Shown here: positions 1 to 13,239 of the stretch, in pieces
Numbering within the stretch: position 1 is the first letter of the stretch
Layout of the letters: each line of letters opens with the position of its first letter
The notes under the pieces: generated by a model
Seen by the model: the letters and a program-made list of their open reading frames with translations, nothing else
What the model was told of the DNA's origin: nothing
Databases searched by the model: none
Position numbers and translations under genes: made by a program
DNA from: Callorhinchus milii
Lineage: Eukaryota
Direction: 5' to 3'
DNA: 64,000 bases
Assembly (NCBI RefSeq): GCF_018977255.1
Contig: NW_024704757.1
Location: 7,874,001-7,938,000, forward strand

Positions 1-2204
1 TAATGCATTTTTCCCAATGCCATAGTTTGCATTAGATTTGTTAATGCTCAGAGCTTAATCGACATTTTCTGAGACCATATGTACAAAACATTTTGAAAGA
101 TTTACAAAACAATTAATTGGTACAGCTGTTAGCAATCTGAGCTTCTAACATCTCATGAATGTGATTTTTTTCAAACAAAATCATTAAAATTCTGCTCGTT
201 GCTCAATTTGTGAGAATCGGTGACAGCCGAAAAATATTTTGTGATAATGTCTGGACATGCTGGTGCACTTGATAATACCCATTAATGTTGATTTGAGCAT
301 GGAACAGGAAAGCAGGAGCAGTAGATAAGACATTTATAAATGTGACCCATGCACATGCTATCTTACGAGATCAGTCTCTCTCACATATACACACTTTCAT
401 AAACATTCTTGCGAAACTAATCTAAAAATGAACTGCTTCCATCCTGCAAGTTTCCAACATTAAAATGAAAATCAAACTGTCACTTCTCAAAAGTAGTCAT
501 CCAGAAACAGTGGAGGGCGGTTGTGGAAAGGAAGAGAAAAATAAGTATCACATCTGCTATTATCAAAAATGCCTTAAATACAGTCAGTGTTAAACACACA
601 AACAGTTGTGCAGCTCAAGGCAACATACAACTAATCCACTGAAAGAGATTGTGCTTGAACAATGAATATTTCAAAATATATTTTTGTAATCGCCCCTCAA
701 AGTATTCCTTCACTATAAATCTATGGTCCATAAAATGCCTGATTGTTTCAGATACATTTATATGCACTGTTTTCTTGTTTTCGTAAGTTATTTCCAAGAT
801 TTTATTTTAATTGATTATAAAAACATTAACCTCATTTTCATATGAATAATCTAAGGGAGGTCAAATGCCGAGACAATTAAAAGGCAGGCTAACAGGCTGA
901 ACACACGGGTACAACGTCAACACGCAGTAAAGAAACAAAACATGCACAACAAGACTGAAGCCAAACATTAATGAAGACAAAATAAATTACACCAATTGTT
1001 CATGCATGTAGGAAAAGTGTGAAATTAGCTATATATGTCTACTGTATCAAACAGCATGCCTTAGTTTAGGCCATTGACTCTTTAAAAAACAATATTTCAC
1101 ATTACATCTGCCATGCATTCAGACGTACTGGAAATATTTAAGCATCAAGCAATATATAGTAAGTCAGCCTGCAACAGAAGACTTGCCCATGCAACCTTCA
1201 GTGATTCTGCTTGTATAACCTTCTGATGCAAATTCGCAAGACAGCAAACCCAAATGTTCTACGTTCACTGCTCTGATTTACATCTCTAGATGCAGGGGAG
1301 TCTTCCCATAGTGCAAATCCTTGTATTCACTGTTGGTTAATGCTAATTGAAAGCAAACTTTCACAACTTGCCGATGAACATTTCTGAGTCAACACCACAG
1401 CATTCCAAAATGGCTTCCCGGTTTCCACAAAGCATGAAGGATTACAAATAAGATCCACCTCCTGCAAACTACTACTGTCAGTCAGAAGGAACCTTTAAAT
1501 CTATTGGCCATTGCAGCTGCTCACAGCCAACTGACAAGAAGACATTTAACTCTTCAGGATGTCAACCCACTGCAGTAGTGCCTTGACAGTACAGTGGGAG
1601 AGAGAAAGGGAGGAGAAAACAGAGGAGAGAAGGAACAGGACTGTACTCAAATACTTTAACTCCTTAACTGCCGTATTGTACTAATCAGTAGTAAAATTCT
1701 TTGATATTAAGAGAACCAATTCCTATATTGCTTTTATTTTAGTTTGGTACCATTGGTACCATTATTAGGAAACAAAATTGATTTTTATAGCACCTTTTCA
1801 CGTTGAAATGCCTCAAAATACTTTTGTGCTGCAAGCAGCAGGCACTTAATTATATTTTGTTAATCTTTCACCTACTAAAAATCTGAATATCATTTGAATA
1901 TCCAGTTGGCTAAGAACATAAACATTGTGCATTTCACAATAGTTATATTCAAAACCTTCACAGCCTAATGGATTTATTTTAAAAGAAGAGATATTTATAG
2001 CATTCTCCCAGAATTTTGAAATGTCATAATTCAGGAGTTTTCCTTAATATTTTAATATTCAGAATTCAGAAACCAGAAGCTTGTTAGGATGTCAAACCTG
2101 CTTCTTCTAACAAGTCATGAAGCAATATATATTTGTACTTCAATAAATACTCTATATTCTCATGGTATTGATCACAGGCTACATAAATTGGAAAAGTGAA
2201 ATTC

Positions 2205-2690
2205 ATAAAATCATAGAATTATACAGCACAGAAGGAGGCTATTCAGCCCATCGTGTCTGTGCTGGCTCTTTGAAAAGAGTTAACAATTCAATCCCACTCT
2301 GCTCTCTCCCCGCAGCCCTGCAAACTTATCCTCCCCAAATAATTATCTACTTCTCTCTTAAAAGCTGTTATCGAATCGGCTTTCACCGCCCTTTCAGGCA
2401 ATGCATTCCAGATCCGAACAACTCAGTGTGTAAACAAATTTCTCCTCACTATGCTCTTTTAACAACTATTTTAAAGTCTGTGCCCTCAGGTTACCGACCC
2501 ACCTGCCAGTGGAAATAGTTTCTCCTTGTTGAATCCCCTCACAATTTTGAAACCTTCTATTAAGTCCCCTCTTAACCTTCTCTGCTCCAAGGAGAACAAT
2601 CCTGGCTTCTCTCGCCTCTCCTGATAACTGAAGTCCCTCATTCCTGGTACCATCCTGGTAAATCTCCTTGGCACCCTCTCCAATTGATTC
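2205..2690 (-). mobile_element. CR1-clade LINE 3' fragment
   Basis: LERVPRRFTRMVPGMRDFSYQER...GLFSLEQRRLRGDLIE is the typical CR1 ORF2 C-terminus; (ATTCTATG)-type tail. Related 3' pieces at ~3320-3535, 11935-12090, 15995-16330(+), 22240-22460(+), 38140-38245, 63445-63590. Confidence 0.9.
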
Positions 2691-3537
2691 AGCTTTATTG
2701 ATTCACGGTTTTGATGAATGTCTTGTTTCAAACGATTGACCAAGTCAGGACAAAATATAAAATAACAAGTGATCCCTCTTACCTTTAAAACTATCACAAT
2801 ATTGCTTTTACATTTGCAGTCCCTAAAGTTATAAAATTGCAATAAATTCTCTAATAACTCAAAACCTTCAAACCTCTTGTTCATTTCATAATTGCTAGCA
2901 TATTTTTTGGCACGGTCATTCCACCGGAAATCTGGTCCGTGTTACGCCCTTATAGAATTATACTTGTGAAAAACTTTGCAATTCTCATTTGTCATCATTT
3001 TGAAACATCTCCAAAGTCTACCACTGTCCACTTATCCAGTGGTTTGACCACTGTCAAACCAATTTGTCTCATGTTTCACACATCTAGTTTTAATCACAAG
3101 CTGCTTTGTCTGAACTGCAATCTGTTGATAGACAAAAAAAAGTAAACTCTGAGATTCCCCAGCAGCTCTGCTCTCCCACTTTGCCTCCTCTCCACATAAT
3201 TGAGCTATTCTATATCGAATCACATGCAAATGATTCATCAACTTCCTTCCTTCAGATCACATCCTCTAAATCCAAAATAACCTTCACTGTTCAGTGAATT
3301 CATCACTGATCTTTAATCGTAGAATTATATAGCACAGAGGGAGGCTATTCAGCCCATCGTGTCTGTGCTGGCTCTTTGAAAAGAGCTACCCAAATCAATC
3401 CCACTCCCCCGCTGTCTCCCCATAGCTCTGCAAACGTGTCCTCCCCAAATAATTATCTACTTCTCTCTTAAAAGTTGTTATTGAATCAACTTCCACCACC
3501 CTTTCAGGCAATGCATTCCAGATCCGAACAACTTGCG

Positions 3538-4527
3538 GCATTCCTCAGGGCTCTGTCCTCGGTCCCCTCCTCTTCACCCTCTACCTGCTCCCCCTTGGTG
3601 ACATCATCCGCAGACATGGGGTAAATTTCCACATGTCATGCGGATGACACCCAACTCTATCTCTCTGCCTCCACCCTCAACTGCAGGACTACTGGCGTCC
3701 TGACCGACTGCCTGTCCGACATCAAGTCCTGGACAAGGGACAACTTTCTCCAGCTGAACGTCAGCAAGACCGAGGGCCTCCTGATTGGCTCGGGCCGGAG
3801 CCTCCGCACCTCGGGCGCTGGCAGCAACAGCATCCACGGCTGCGCACTCAACCTCACTAAGCCAGTCAGGAACCTGGGTGTCTTGTTTGACCCTGAACTG
3901 TCCTTTCTTCCCCACATCCGCGCCATGACCGGCACTGCCCACCACCACCTCCGCGCCATGACTCTGCCACTGCCTCACCCCTCAGGCTGCGAAACCCTTA
4001 CCCATGCACTTGTCACATCAAGGATCGATTATAGAAATTCTCTCCTCATCGGCCTTCCCAACTCTTCCCTTCGCAAGCTGCAGATCATTCAAAACTCTGC
4101 CGTTCATGTACTCTCGCGCACCAGGCTCCGTGACCCCATCACTCCCATTCTCGAATTCAAGATCCTCTATGGCCTTGCCCCCGCCTACCTCATTAACCTG
4201 CCCACTTCCTCTGTTCAGCGGGCTCCGGCCTGCTCCCGCCCGACCTGCCCTACCATCAGTGGCCGAGCTTTCAACCTCTCTGCCCCCACACTCTGGAACT
4301 CCATCTCACAGTCCCTTCGGCTCGCTTCCTCCCATGCCTCCTTCAAAACCGGTCTCAGGACCCTCCTCTTCGATCGTGCCTTCGGTCACCCTTCCACCTT
4401 TCTGCCTTCCCAAACTCCTACCCCACTCCTCCCCCATGCTCAGGTCCTGACCTCTGAATCTCCATCAAGTGCCTTGGAACATCCTCCCGATGTGAAAGAC
4501 ACTCTATAAATGTAATTTTGTTGTTGA
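3538..4527 (+). mobile_element. L2-clade LINE, 5'-truncated and degraded
   Basis: IPQGSVLGP...ADDTQLY RT motifs, FDPELSF, SRIDY.NSLL, DPITPIL; (TTG)n tail. Confidence 0.9.
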
Positions 4528-7500
4528 TTCAGGAAGTTTGATTTTTTTGAGTACAGTATTCATTCTAAAACACAGATGAATTACATTGTCCTTTACCACC
4601 AAGAATTTTTACAATGTGCTGCATGAGCAAACTAATGACATGTAATTACATTTGTAAGTAAAACGTGTCTCTTTGGGAACATAGGCTACCAAATGCTTAC
4701 TGATATATCCAAACGTACCTTACAGTAGTTTAATCTTATCTATGCACAAGAAAGCTTGCAGCAGTTTCAATAGCCTACAATAGCACGTCTACTAATAACC
4801 AACAGTGCATAGGTCAAGATTATTCTGGTCCCAGGTTGAAAAAAAGTGCTCAGGTATGTCACCTTCACACGACATTTCAAACCACATCTCCAGCTTACTT
4901 TACACAAGCCTCATACTTTAATAGCCCGACTTCCCTGAAGCAATTGTTTTCATTTCCCTGTTTGTTTTGACCTGTACAGCATTTTTTTTCATACCAAGTA
5001 CGCAGCTGAAAGCATGCGCACGCAATTTGCATTTTGCCTCCCATCCTACACAAGCAATCTGCACTTAAACCTTTTTCACTCCTTCTTCAGAAAACAAGGG
5101 GCTGCATGAATGCAGCTCAGAGCAAGTGAATCAATATCCAAGAAAAGCCAGCCTCCACGGGATACAATCATGAATAATAGCTTGTGTGAGTGGAACCAAG
5201 GACACAAAGCTGTGCCTTGCCATTCTTTAGTATGTTATTGACTTGGTCTTTTGTTATTACATTTGATGGCTTAATGGTGTCAAATCCTCAGAAGTCATTA
5301 TTTTGAAAAAAAATTATCCTCTGATGTCAAGGTGGCAGTCAACAATTACTGGCCTCTTGTTTTGTTGCACGAGAACTAAAGCACAAATAGTGGTTTAATC
5401 CATGTTTCTGAGTTGTTTATCATTGTCATAATCTGGTCTCTGCAGCCTTAACTACAGAACTGACACCTGCCCTATTCACCTGTCCACTTCACAAATGTTT
5501 TTGGGTGTAGCTCTATTCATTCCAGGATAATGTTCTTAAATAGCCAAAAATCCAAAATAGCCATCCATTAACATTATTAGTTACAGAAAATATTCTTCCC
5601 CTTTTTCTTTGTAATGGTACAAAGAAACTTCTTGTATTGGATGGTTCTGAATTTGGTTATTCTCTATGTTAATAGTCATACACTAAAATCATCGAAGGGT
5701 TTGTTTCATTATCAATAGGAAGTTTCAGTTTGATTGTACTTTGCTTGCTTATTTTAGCAGATAATTTAAAACCATAAAAATACAACATGCCAGGAAATAC
5801 GAGTCAGTTATATTGGCATAGTTAGTAATTAAGTACTAAAACAAACAAAAATTCACTAATAGTCAGGCTTAGCCCTGATGATACAAATACGTAGTACAAT
5901 TACAGTAGTGTAAAACTACATCCAAACAGGAGCAGTAGCCAAGATTCAACGTCAAGTTGGGCACAAATTCAAACTTTCAGTTGTTACAACAGATGTCAGC
6001 CTTGAATACAAAAGAAAGAGGTCATAGATTTTCTTTTCCTTTCAAACAACCAACCGTCTGCTCAACAGAATGACTCTCAATCTCCACAAAAACGTTGAAG
6101 CATTTGATTGAAATCTTTCATGTCAAAACAATATTCCAGCTCCTAACCACTCCCTTCCTCTTGGAAAAACACTATAAGGGGAATCCCAGAGAAAAATGGA
6201 CGGAAACTGAAGAATTCGTACCAAAGACTGCTATCATCAAAAATAAGCGAGGGGAATTCTTCTGCTTAAACTGGAGATCTTAGTCTCAAAGACATGTCCT
6301 GAAACGAACTGTAGTTGCTTTAGATACAGTCCGAGAAAACAGCAAGAACGGCTACGTCACGATTATGAAAAAGTACAGTTCTTAATCCATATTAAATTGT
6401 TTTAATTCATGGAAATCACTGGTAATTTTTAAAAATGTTGATTTCAACTCCCTAAATTGTTTTCTAAATCAATTGAGTGACTAATTGTTTTCTTGTCCAC
6501 TTTATCCTTATAGAGGATAGGGTGCAGCTGCTTTACATGAATTGTGCAATAACTGGCAAATGATTGAGTCATTTTGATGATGAGCTGTCTGCCTGGGCTT
6601 GACCTAGAAGAAACATTTTTAACAAATTTTTGATTACAACAAAAAATGATTTGTACATCATTTAGTACCAATACAAAGATTTTTATGAATATAACTTTTC
6701 CATTGTTCATGAACCCAGAGAAATGGCAACACCAAAAATACTAAACTATGGCTTGATTTTCTGTCAGATTTCACTTCAGTTATTATTCTAGAATTTTTTT
6801 TCAGTTACCGTTGTAAGTAGAACTGCTGCATGGTATGTAGGTGAAGGAAGAAACTGTGAGAATAGGTTAATTATACTCTTTAAAAAAAAACTATGCACAG
6901 AATTAATTTCTGATTCCCATAATTTAATCCTTCACCTCATCCAGGCCCCTTCAAAACTACATTGTTAGTTACACATAACCGAAGAATATTGGGTTAACAG
7001 TGGGTTAACTGGTGTTAACTAATCCGGACTGTTCAATTGACAGTCACAACATCTAAAACCCAGTTAAAAATCAAACTAAAGAATATTTTGTGTGAGCCCG
7101 GCTTAGTTGGTAGCCCACTCACCTCTGAATCAGATTATGGGTTCAAGCCCCATGTCAGGACTTCAACCTCACAGTCTAGGCCAGGAGCCTCTAACTGGTC
7201 GATCGCAATGCAGTGTTGCGGGTTTGCTGCATTGTCTAAAATGCCTTCTTCAGGATGAGGCGTTAAACTGAGGACTCGTCTGCCTGGGAATCGAACCCAG
7301 GTCCTCTCGCTTACGAATGCTCCAACCACTAAGCTACAGGACCATAATATTTGACTAACTGTGAACAGATTGGTCAATTGAACCATGGATCAATTGAACC
7401 ATTTCAATTGATTCATGGTTCTAGAATCAACTGAACCACTACGCACCAAAACTCTGGAACACTCTTCCTCTATCCCTCCACCATACCACTTCCTCCGCCT

Positions 7501-9099
7501 TGCCACTTCCTTCCGCAGCTTCAGGTCGCACTTGAAGACTTTCCTCTTCGACCATGCCTACAGTCACCTCCCCCTCTCCCTGACTCAGGGTAGTGCTCTG
7601 CCACTGATAAGGCTCTGGGACGCTTCCGTGTGTGAGGGGCACTATATAAATGCAAGTTCTTAGTGTAGGAAATCCACCAAACTCCCTCTGAACTAAGACA
7701 TTTAATCACTTCCTTGACCTTTAAAGGATTCAAAACCAGATCCTTCTAGTTAACCTGCTGTACTACTTAGGATGTTGTTTCAAATATAACCCTCGAGACA
7801 AATAATGAGGAGATTCGATACCTTTTTTCCCCAAAAACCCTAGGAGGTATTCCTCGTCTCCAGTAAACGTATTACATTATCTAATAATCACATATAAAAT
7901 TGAATACCACAATACAACATACATTCATTGTAGAGTACCATCCTCCCAAAAATACAATGCAATTCACTATGGTTAACTTCCTCCCACAAAAGTACAGTAT
8001 ATCGTATAATGAGGTATATTAGCCACACACTACCAAGCACACCACACAATAGTAGGGTAGTGTCATGAGTAAACATTAATTTAATCTTCAAGGACAAGTT
8101 GTGCAGAACCATATATGAAATGTATAATTAACAGAACAAATCAATTACATTTAAAAATGTTAATACCAGAGATTGAGATCCTTGAACCTGGTACAAATCT
8201 TGAATTTCACCCTAGTCAATCTATATGTCGAGTACTATATAAGACACTGTATATAATGCCCCAGCCTCGCACAAACCACGATTAAGAGATTCAGGGAAGC
8301 GATGGCACTGCCACCAACAGACGGTATTGCATTGCTCAAGTTTTTTTAAAAAAAACTTGAGCAATGCAAGTTTTGCATTGTCCTAAAAAAAAAACTTAGG
8401 ACAACTCCTGCAAATTCTAACTGTTTTAGTTGACACGTCCATGAAATTAAATTTAAAAAAAGCAAGAGGTAAGAATCCGAGCCTCCAAAATACCAGTCTT
8501 GGAAAGTTGGGTTCGTAAATCGGAAAAATGTCAAAGAGCGAATCTACAGGTACAACAACAACAACAACAAGATGGCATTTACAGAGCGCCTTTCACGTCG
8601 GGAGGACGTCCCAAGGCGTTGGACAGATGGGTTGGGACCTGAGCGGGGTGGGGGGGGGATATAGTCAGGGTGAGGGGAGGGAAGGAACGAGGAGGAGGGG
8701 GTAGAGAGTCGAGCTGGGGTGAAGGCGCGGTTGAAGAGAAATGGTATGACCCGAGCACCGATCAATTGGTGATATCAGTCAATAATCAGTCAATATTATT
8801 TAGCCAAAACTATTTAGCCCTGGACCACACTTCACATGACCAGTACCCAACGGGGGTGACTCTACGACCCCAGACTTTACCCTAAAGTTACTGAACATGG
8901 TTCTGGATCCGTTAACAAATAGAGAAGGGAGGAGGAGAGAGGAGAGAGGGGGGGGGGGGGGGAATAAAAAAATAAAAGTTAGCTCCTCACTAACACAAAC
9001 CCGACGCTTTGAAAACCGTTCCAAAACGGGACCGGGGAAAAAAAATATCCACAGCCAAAGCCCCACAGTCACATCAGGCGAGAAGCGCCTCTCGACGCC

Positions 9100-9536
9100 G
9101 CGGGTGAGGGGGGCGAAGGGTGAGGGGGGGAGGGGTGAGGGGGGGAAGGGGTGAGGGGGGGGGAAAGGGGTGAGGGGGGAAGGGAAGAGGGGGAAGGGGT
9201 GGGGGGGGAAGGGGTGAGGGGGGAGGGGGGGGGTGAGGGGGGAAGGGGTGAGGGGGGAAGGGGGGTGAGGGGGGAAGGGGTGAGGGGGGGAGGGGGGAGG
9301 GGGGGGGAGGGGGGAGGGGTGAGGGGGGGGGGGAAGGGGTGAGGGGGGAGGGGGGAAGGGGGTGAGGGGGTGAGGGGGGGAGGGGGGGGGGGAGGGGTGA
9401 GGGGGGAAGGGGGGGGGGGGGGGTGAAGGGGTGAGGGGGGGGGGAGGGGTGAGGGGGGGAAGGGGTGAGGGGGAGAGGGGGGGAAGGGAAGGGAAGAGGG
9501 GTGAGGGGGTGAGGGGGAGGGGGGGGGGGGAGGGAA
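9100..9536 (+). repeat. G-rich low-complexity repeat (GGGGTGAGGGGGG(A/G) units)
   Basis: About 430 bp of reiterated G4-G12 runs; causes the spurious poly-Pro/Gly ORFs. Confidence 0.95.
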
Positions 9537-10002
9537 AGGAGGCGCGACATCAAACCTCGTCGCTGGAGAGGATCGAGAAGGTGCGGCACATTTCTCCGCA
9601 ACCGGTTGCGGGGCGGCGAGGAACCGCACTCCGATCCCCGCTTGTTGCGGGCCGAGCCGAGCCGAGCCGACCCAGGGCAACGGCAACCGGGCTGTAGCCG
9701 GCCTCAGTGTCCCCGGGCCGGGCCGGGCCGGGCCTGGGGGGCGGGAGGGCAAGCGGCCCCGCGCCGGGTACCGGAGAGGAGGGAAAAGAGCGGGAGGAGG
9801 AGGCGACGCCGCCGCCGCTAAAAAGCCCGGCAGACACCCGCCCGGTGAAGGGAAGACACCGGCCTCCCCTCCCCCCCCCCAGTCCGCACCCGCTCCCGCA
9901 CAGCGCGGCGGGAAAGCCCCGTCAAGTGAGGTCGACCTCAGGAGCAGACAATTACCTCCAAAGCCACCGCTCCCGTGTACCCGGTGTTGGCCAGTCGGTC
10001 TG

Positions 10003-10100
10003 TGAGGGGGGTCCCGGTGGGGGGAGGGGTCCCGGTGGGGGGAGGGGTCCCGGTGAGGGGGTCCCGGTGAGGGGGAGGGGTCCCGGTGGGGGGGTCCCGG
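10003..10100 (+). repeat. Minisatellite GGGGTCCCGGTG(G/A)GGGG
   Basis: About six imperfect ggggtcccggtg units in tandem. Confidence 0.9.
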
Positions 10101-10204
10101 ACGGCAGTTGCTCCGAGTCTCAGGTTTGAAAAGTTCCCGCTCGAGGCTGCGCGCGCTGCTCCTCACACGTCATCACGTGGCCATGTGCCATGTGCCAGTT
10201 GAGC

Positions 10205-10356
10205 GCCACTGTACCCACTGTACCCACTGCCATCCACTGTACCCACTGTACTCACTGCCATCCACTGTACCCACTGCCCCACTGTACCCACTGTACTCAC
10301 TGCCATCCACTGTACCCACTGCCATCCACTGTACCGACTAATCCACTGTAATCCAC
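10205..10356 (+). repeat. Minisatellite (CCACTGTAC/CCACTGCCAT)n
   Basis: Reiterated 9-10-bp ccactgtac-type units; resumes at 10620 after a SINE. Confidence 0.9.
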
Positions 10357-13239
10357 AGTAATAATAATAATAATCCTTGCATTCGATATAGCACTTTTCA
10401 CGTCGGGAGGACGTCCCAAAGCGCTTCACAGAACACACTGTAAAGGGAATTGACTGTATATTTGTGGGCGAACGCGGCAGCCAATTGCGCACAGCAATGT
10501 CCCACAAACAGTCGTAGATTGAAAATGACCAATTTATTATTGTTTTGGTTTTGGAGGGATTATTATTCGGCTCTGTGTGGAGTAAGGAAACTTGCCCAAG
10601 GTTTCACCCTCTGCCTGGAACTGTACCGACTGTAATCCACTGTAATCCACTGTACAGCCACTGAGAGACAAGTGCTCTGGGACGCTACCCTGCTTGAGGG
10701 GCACTATATGAAATGCAAGTTGTTGTTGTACACACTGCAGCCCATTGTACGTGCTGTAATCACTGTAAAAGACTGCACACTGTATACTCCCTGCAATTTT
10801 GCACATTGCAATTCACTGTACACACTGCAGCCTTCTGTAGTGTCAGCCTGGGGCAGCGGCAGCACTCTCGCCTCCACGCTCTGACATCGTGGGTTCACAA
10901 CTGGGACATGGAATCACATTGTCTTAGATGACATTTCAATGCGGCACTGGGGGTGTTACAATGTGGGAAGTGTCATCCTTCAAATGAGATGTTAAACTGA
11001 GGTCCTATGGCACTGAAAATAGAAGTGAGTTTCTCCTGGTGCCCTGGCCAACAACCCCCCAAATAAAATTGGCCACTCACTCGATGGCTGTTTGTGGGAC
11101 ATTGCTGTGTACAATTGGCTGCTGCATTTGGCCCACAATTTACACAATCAATACACTCTACAGTATATCCTGTATATATGCTTTGAGATGTCTCAATGAC
11201 GTGACAAGGCACTACATCAAATCAAAGATTATTATTACTACTATTATTATACACATTGCAACCCAAACCCACTGCTCCTTATTATACTTGCTGCAATCCA
11301 GAGTCACTTCATTCACCACAATAAATAAATGATACTTGACAAGAACATTGTGTTTGTATATTGTTAATACTGGGTAGCACAATTCTAATTATACAGTAGC
11401 AACATATCATCTGCCAATGCATACTACCCAGTACATATCCAAGTTACATCATCCATTTATGGGGTCATCTGTACTTAGGGAACATGTTGAATCCTTGAAG
11501 ATGCCTCCAACCATCTTTTGACTGTTGTTACCTACACAGGAGATTTGCTATCAGATTTCATATATTCTGTTCCCACAGTACAATTTCTGTACTATGTCTA
11601 ACCATAAACAATGACATTGTCAGTGCTGCTTATTCCCATAGAACCCAAACACATTCAGCACAAAGGGAGGAAGGTTGGCCTGAACTGTGCCATGTCCCTA
11701 CCGGATTAAGGTGCAATCTTAAAACAGACATTGGGAAGTGTTTCTTCATACAGAAGGTAATCTTCAGCTCGAACAAGTTATCAGGAGGAAGGGCGGTTGA
11801 GTCCAGATTGCTGGGCTAATTTAAGAAACAGTTTGTTGCTGTGGACGTCCAGGGTCTTGGGACGTCCTCCTGACATGAAAGGTGCCATACAAATGTAATT
11901 TATTGTAACAGAAAGATGGTTGGCTTGGTATTCATAGAATCATAAAATCATACAACACAGAAGGAGGCTATTCGGTTCATCGTGAAAAGCACTATATCAA
12001 ATGCAAGGATTATTATTATATTATTATTAACGTCCCTGCCTGCTCTTTGAAAGAGCTGTTCAAATTAGTCCCACGCCCCCCTTCTCTCCCCAATTCTGGA
12101 AGGATGAGACAAACCGCCTTCTCCATCTGCACTGATCCTGTGATCTTGTCCCTGCTGAACTGAATGTAAATCAACTCCAACCGTTAAGTGATGATTGAAG
12201 AAGCAATGCTTCCCTTTGAATGTTTACAATCGGACGGGCTGACAGACCGTCTGCTGAGCAAACTCCCACACAGCTGTAGCATGACGCTGTTCCCAAGGCA
12301 ACTGTTTTGCAAAGGAACAGATATGTTGGGCTCAGCTTTGAGTTTCTCTGAAGTTTTTTTTTGAACAGCGGGCAGGACTTGGAGGGCATGGGGTGTTCTG
12401 TTTCCCCACATCTGCTATAAAGGTATTAGGATAAGCACATTATTTAATTGAAAAAGATAATCATCACATTGTGAATTTTTTGGGGCATAGGATATCTGAA
12501 AAAAAGTTATTTAATGATTTTAAACATCCTCACATTTAATCTCAGCTGTATTTTCTGCTAAGTTCTAAATAATCACATAGCATTAAAAGTTGAATAACAT
12601 AAGATTGATAATACTTATTGCGGAAGTTCTGATCATCTGGCAGAGCAAGCCAGAAGTTATTTATGACAACAACGTTCAGGTAAAGGAGAGACACACTGCA
12701 AAAAAGGTAAACAGAGAGATCATCTAAACCGATTAATTAAGGCAAAAAGGTGACCGGAGATATTTGGACAGATCAGTACATTGTATGATTTGACAAATTG
12801 CATCTTCCTGCATTGGGGATATTCTTTTTTTTTTCAAAGCAATTTAGGATGTTATGACTGTATCCTCTGTGTGATGGGAAGCCAGTGGAGTTGGGCGAGA
12901 ATGGGGGTGATAGGGTCACGGAGCCTAGTGCAGGAGAGGACATGGGCTGCAGAGTTCTGGATGATCTGCAGCCTGTGGAGGGAGGAGTTGGCGAGGCCGA
13001 CACGCAGTGAGTTTGCATAGTGGAGCCTCGATGTAATGAAAGCGTGTATAGTGCATATAACGCTTCACATGTTCAAACTCGTGCTACGTAATTTCAATCA
13101 TAAAGACCTTTTGCCAGTGTGTGGGTTTGTCACATTTTCTGCACAATTGTGTGTCCCTTAAACATCTCCTTACACAGTCAAACAATCATATAAATGCTTC
13201 CAAATCGGTGGGGCTGGGTTATGAATATGTATCACAGAC

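Larger units (their letters stand above)
9000..10200 (-). promoter_or_regulatory. CpG island; probable promoter and non-coding first exon of a minus-strand gene (SUN1 by synteny, not confirmed)
   Basis: Very high GC and CpG density against an AT-rich background. CACGTCA/TCACGTGG (CRE-like plus E-box) at 10166-10180; minus-strand donor GAG|gtaatt after 9956. In human, SUN1 follows DNAAF5 in the same orientation. Confidence 0.7.

Noticed and set aside
9956-9995. Minus-strand LANTGYT resembling the SUN1 N-terminal ENTGYT
   Set aside because: No in-frame ATG, no MDFSRLH context, and the flanking residues differ; likely coincidence.
9069-10166. 365-aa and overlapping Pro/Gly-rich ORFs
   Set aside because: Artefacts of a stop-poor GC-rich island and G-run repeat; non-ATG start and low complexity.
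10205-10356. Regularly repeated short units suggestive of a CRISPR array
   Set aside because: No unique spacers, eukaryotic context and no cas genes; a simple minisatellite.
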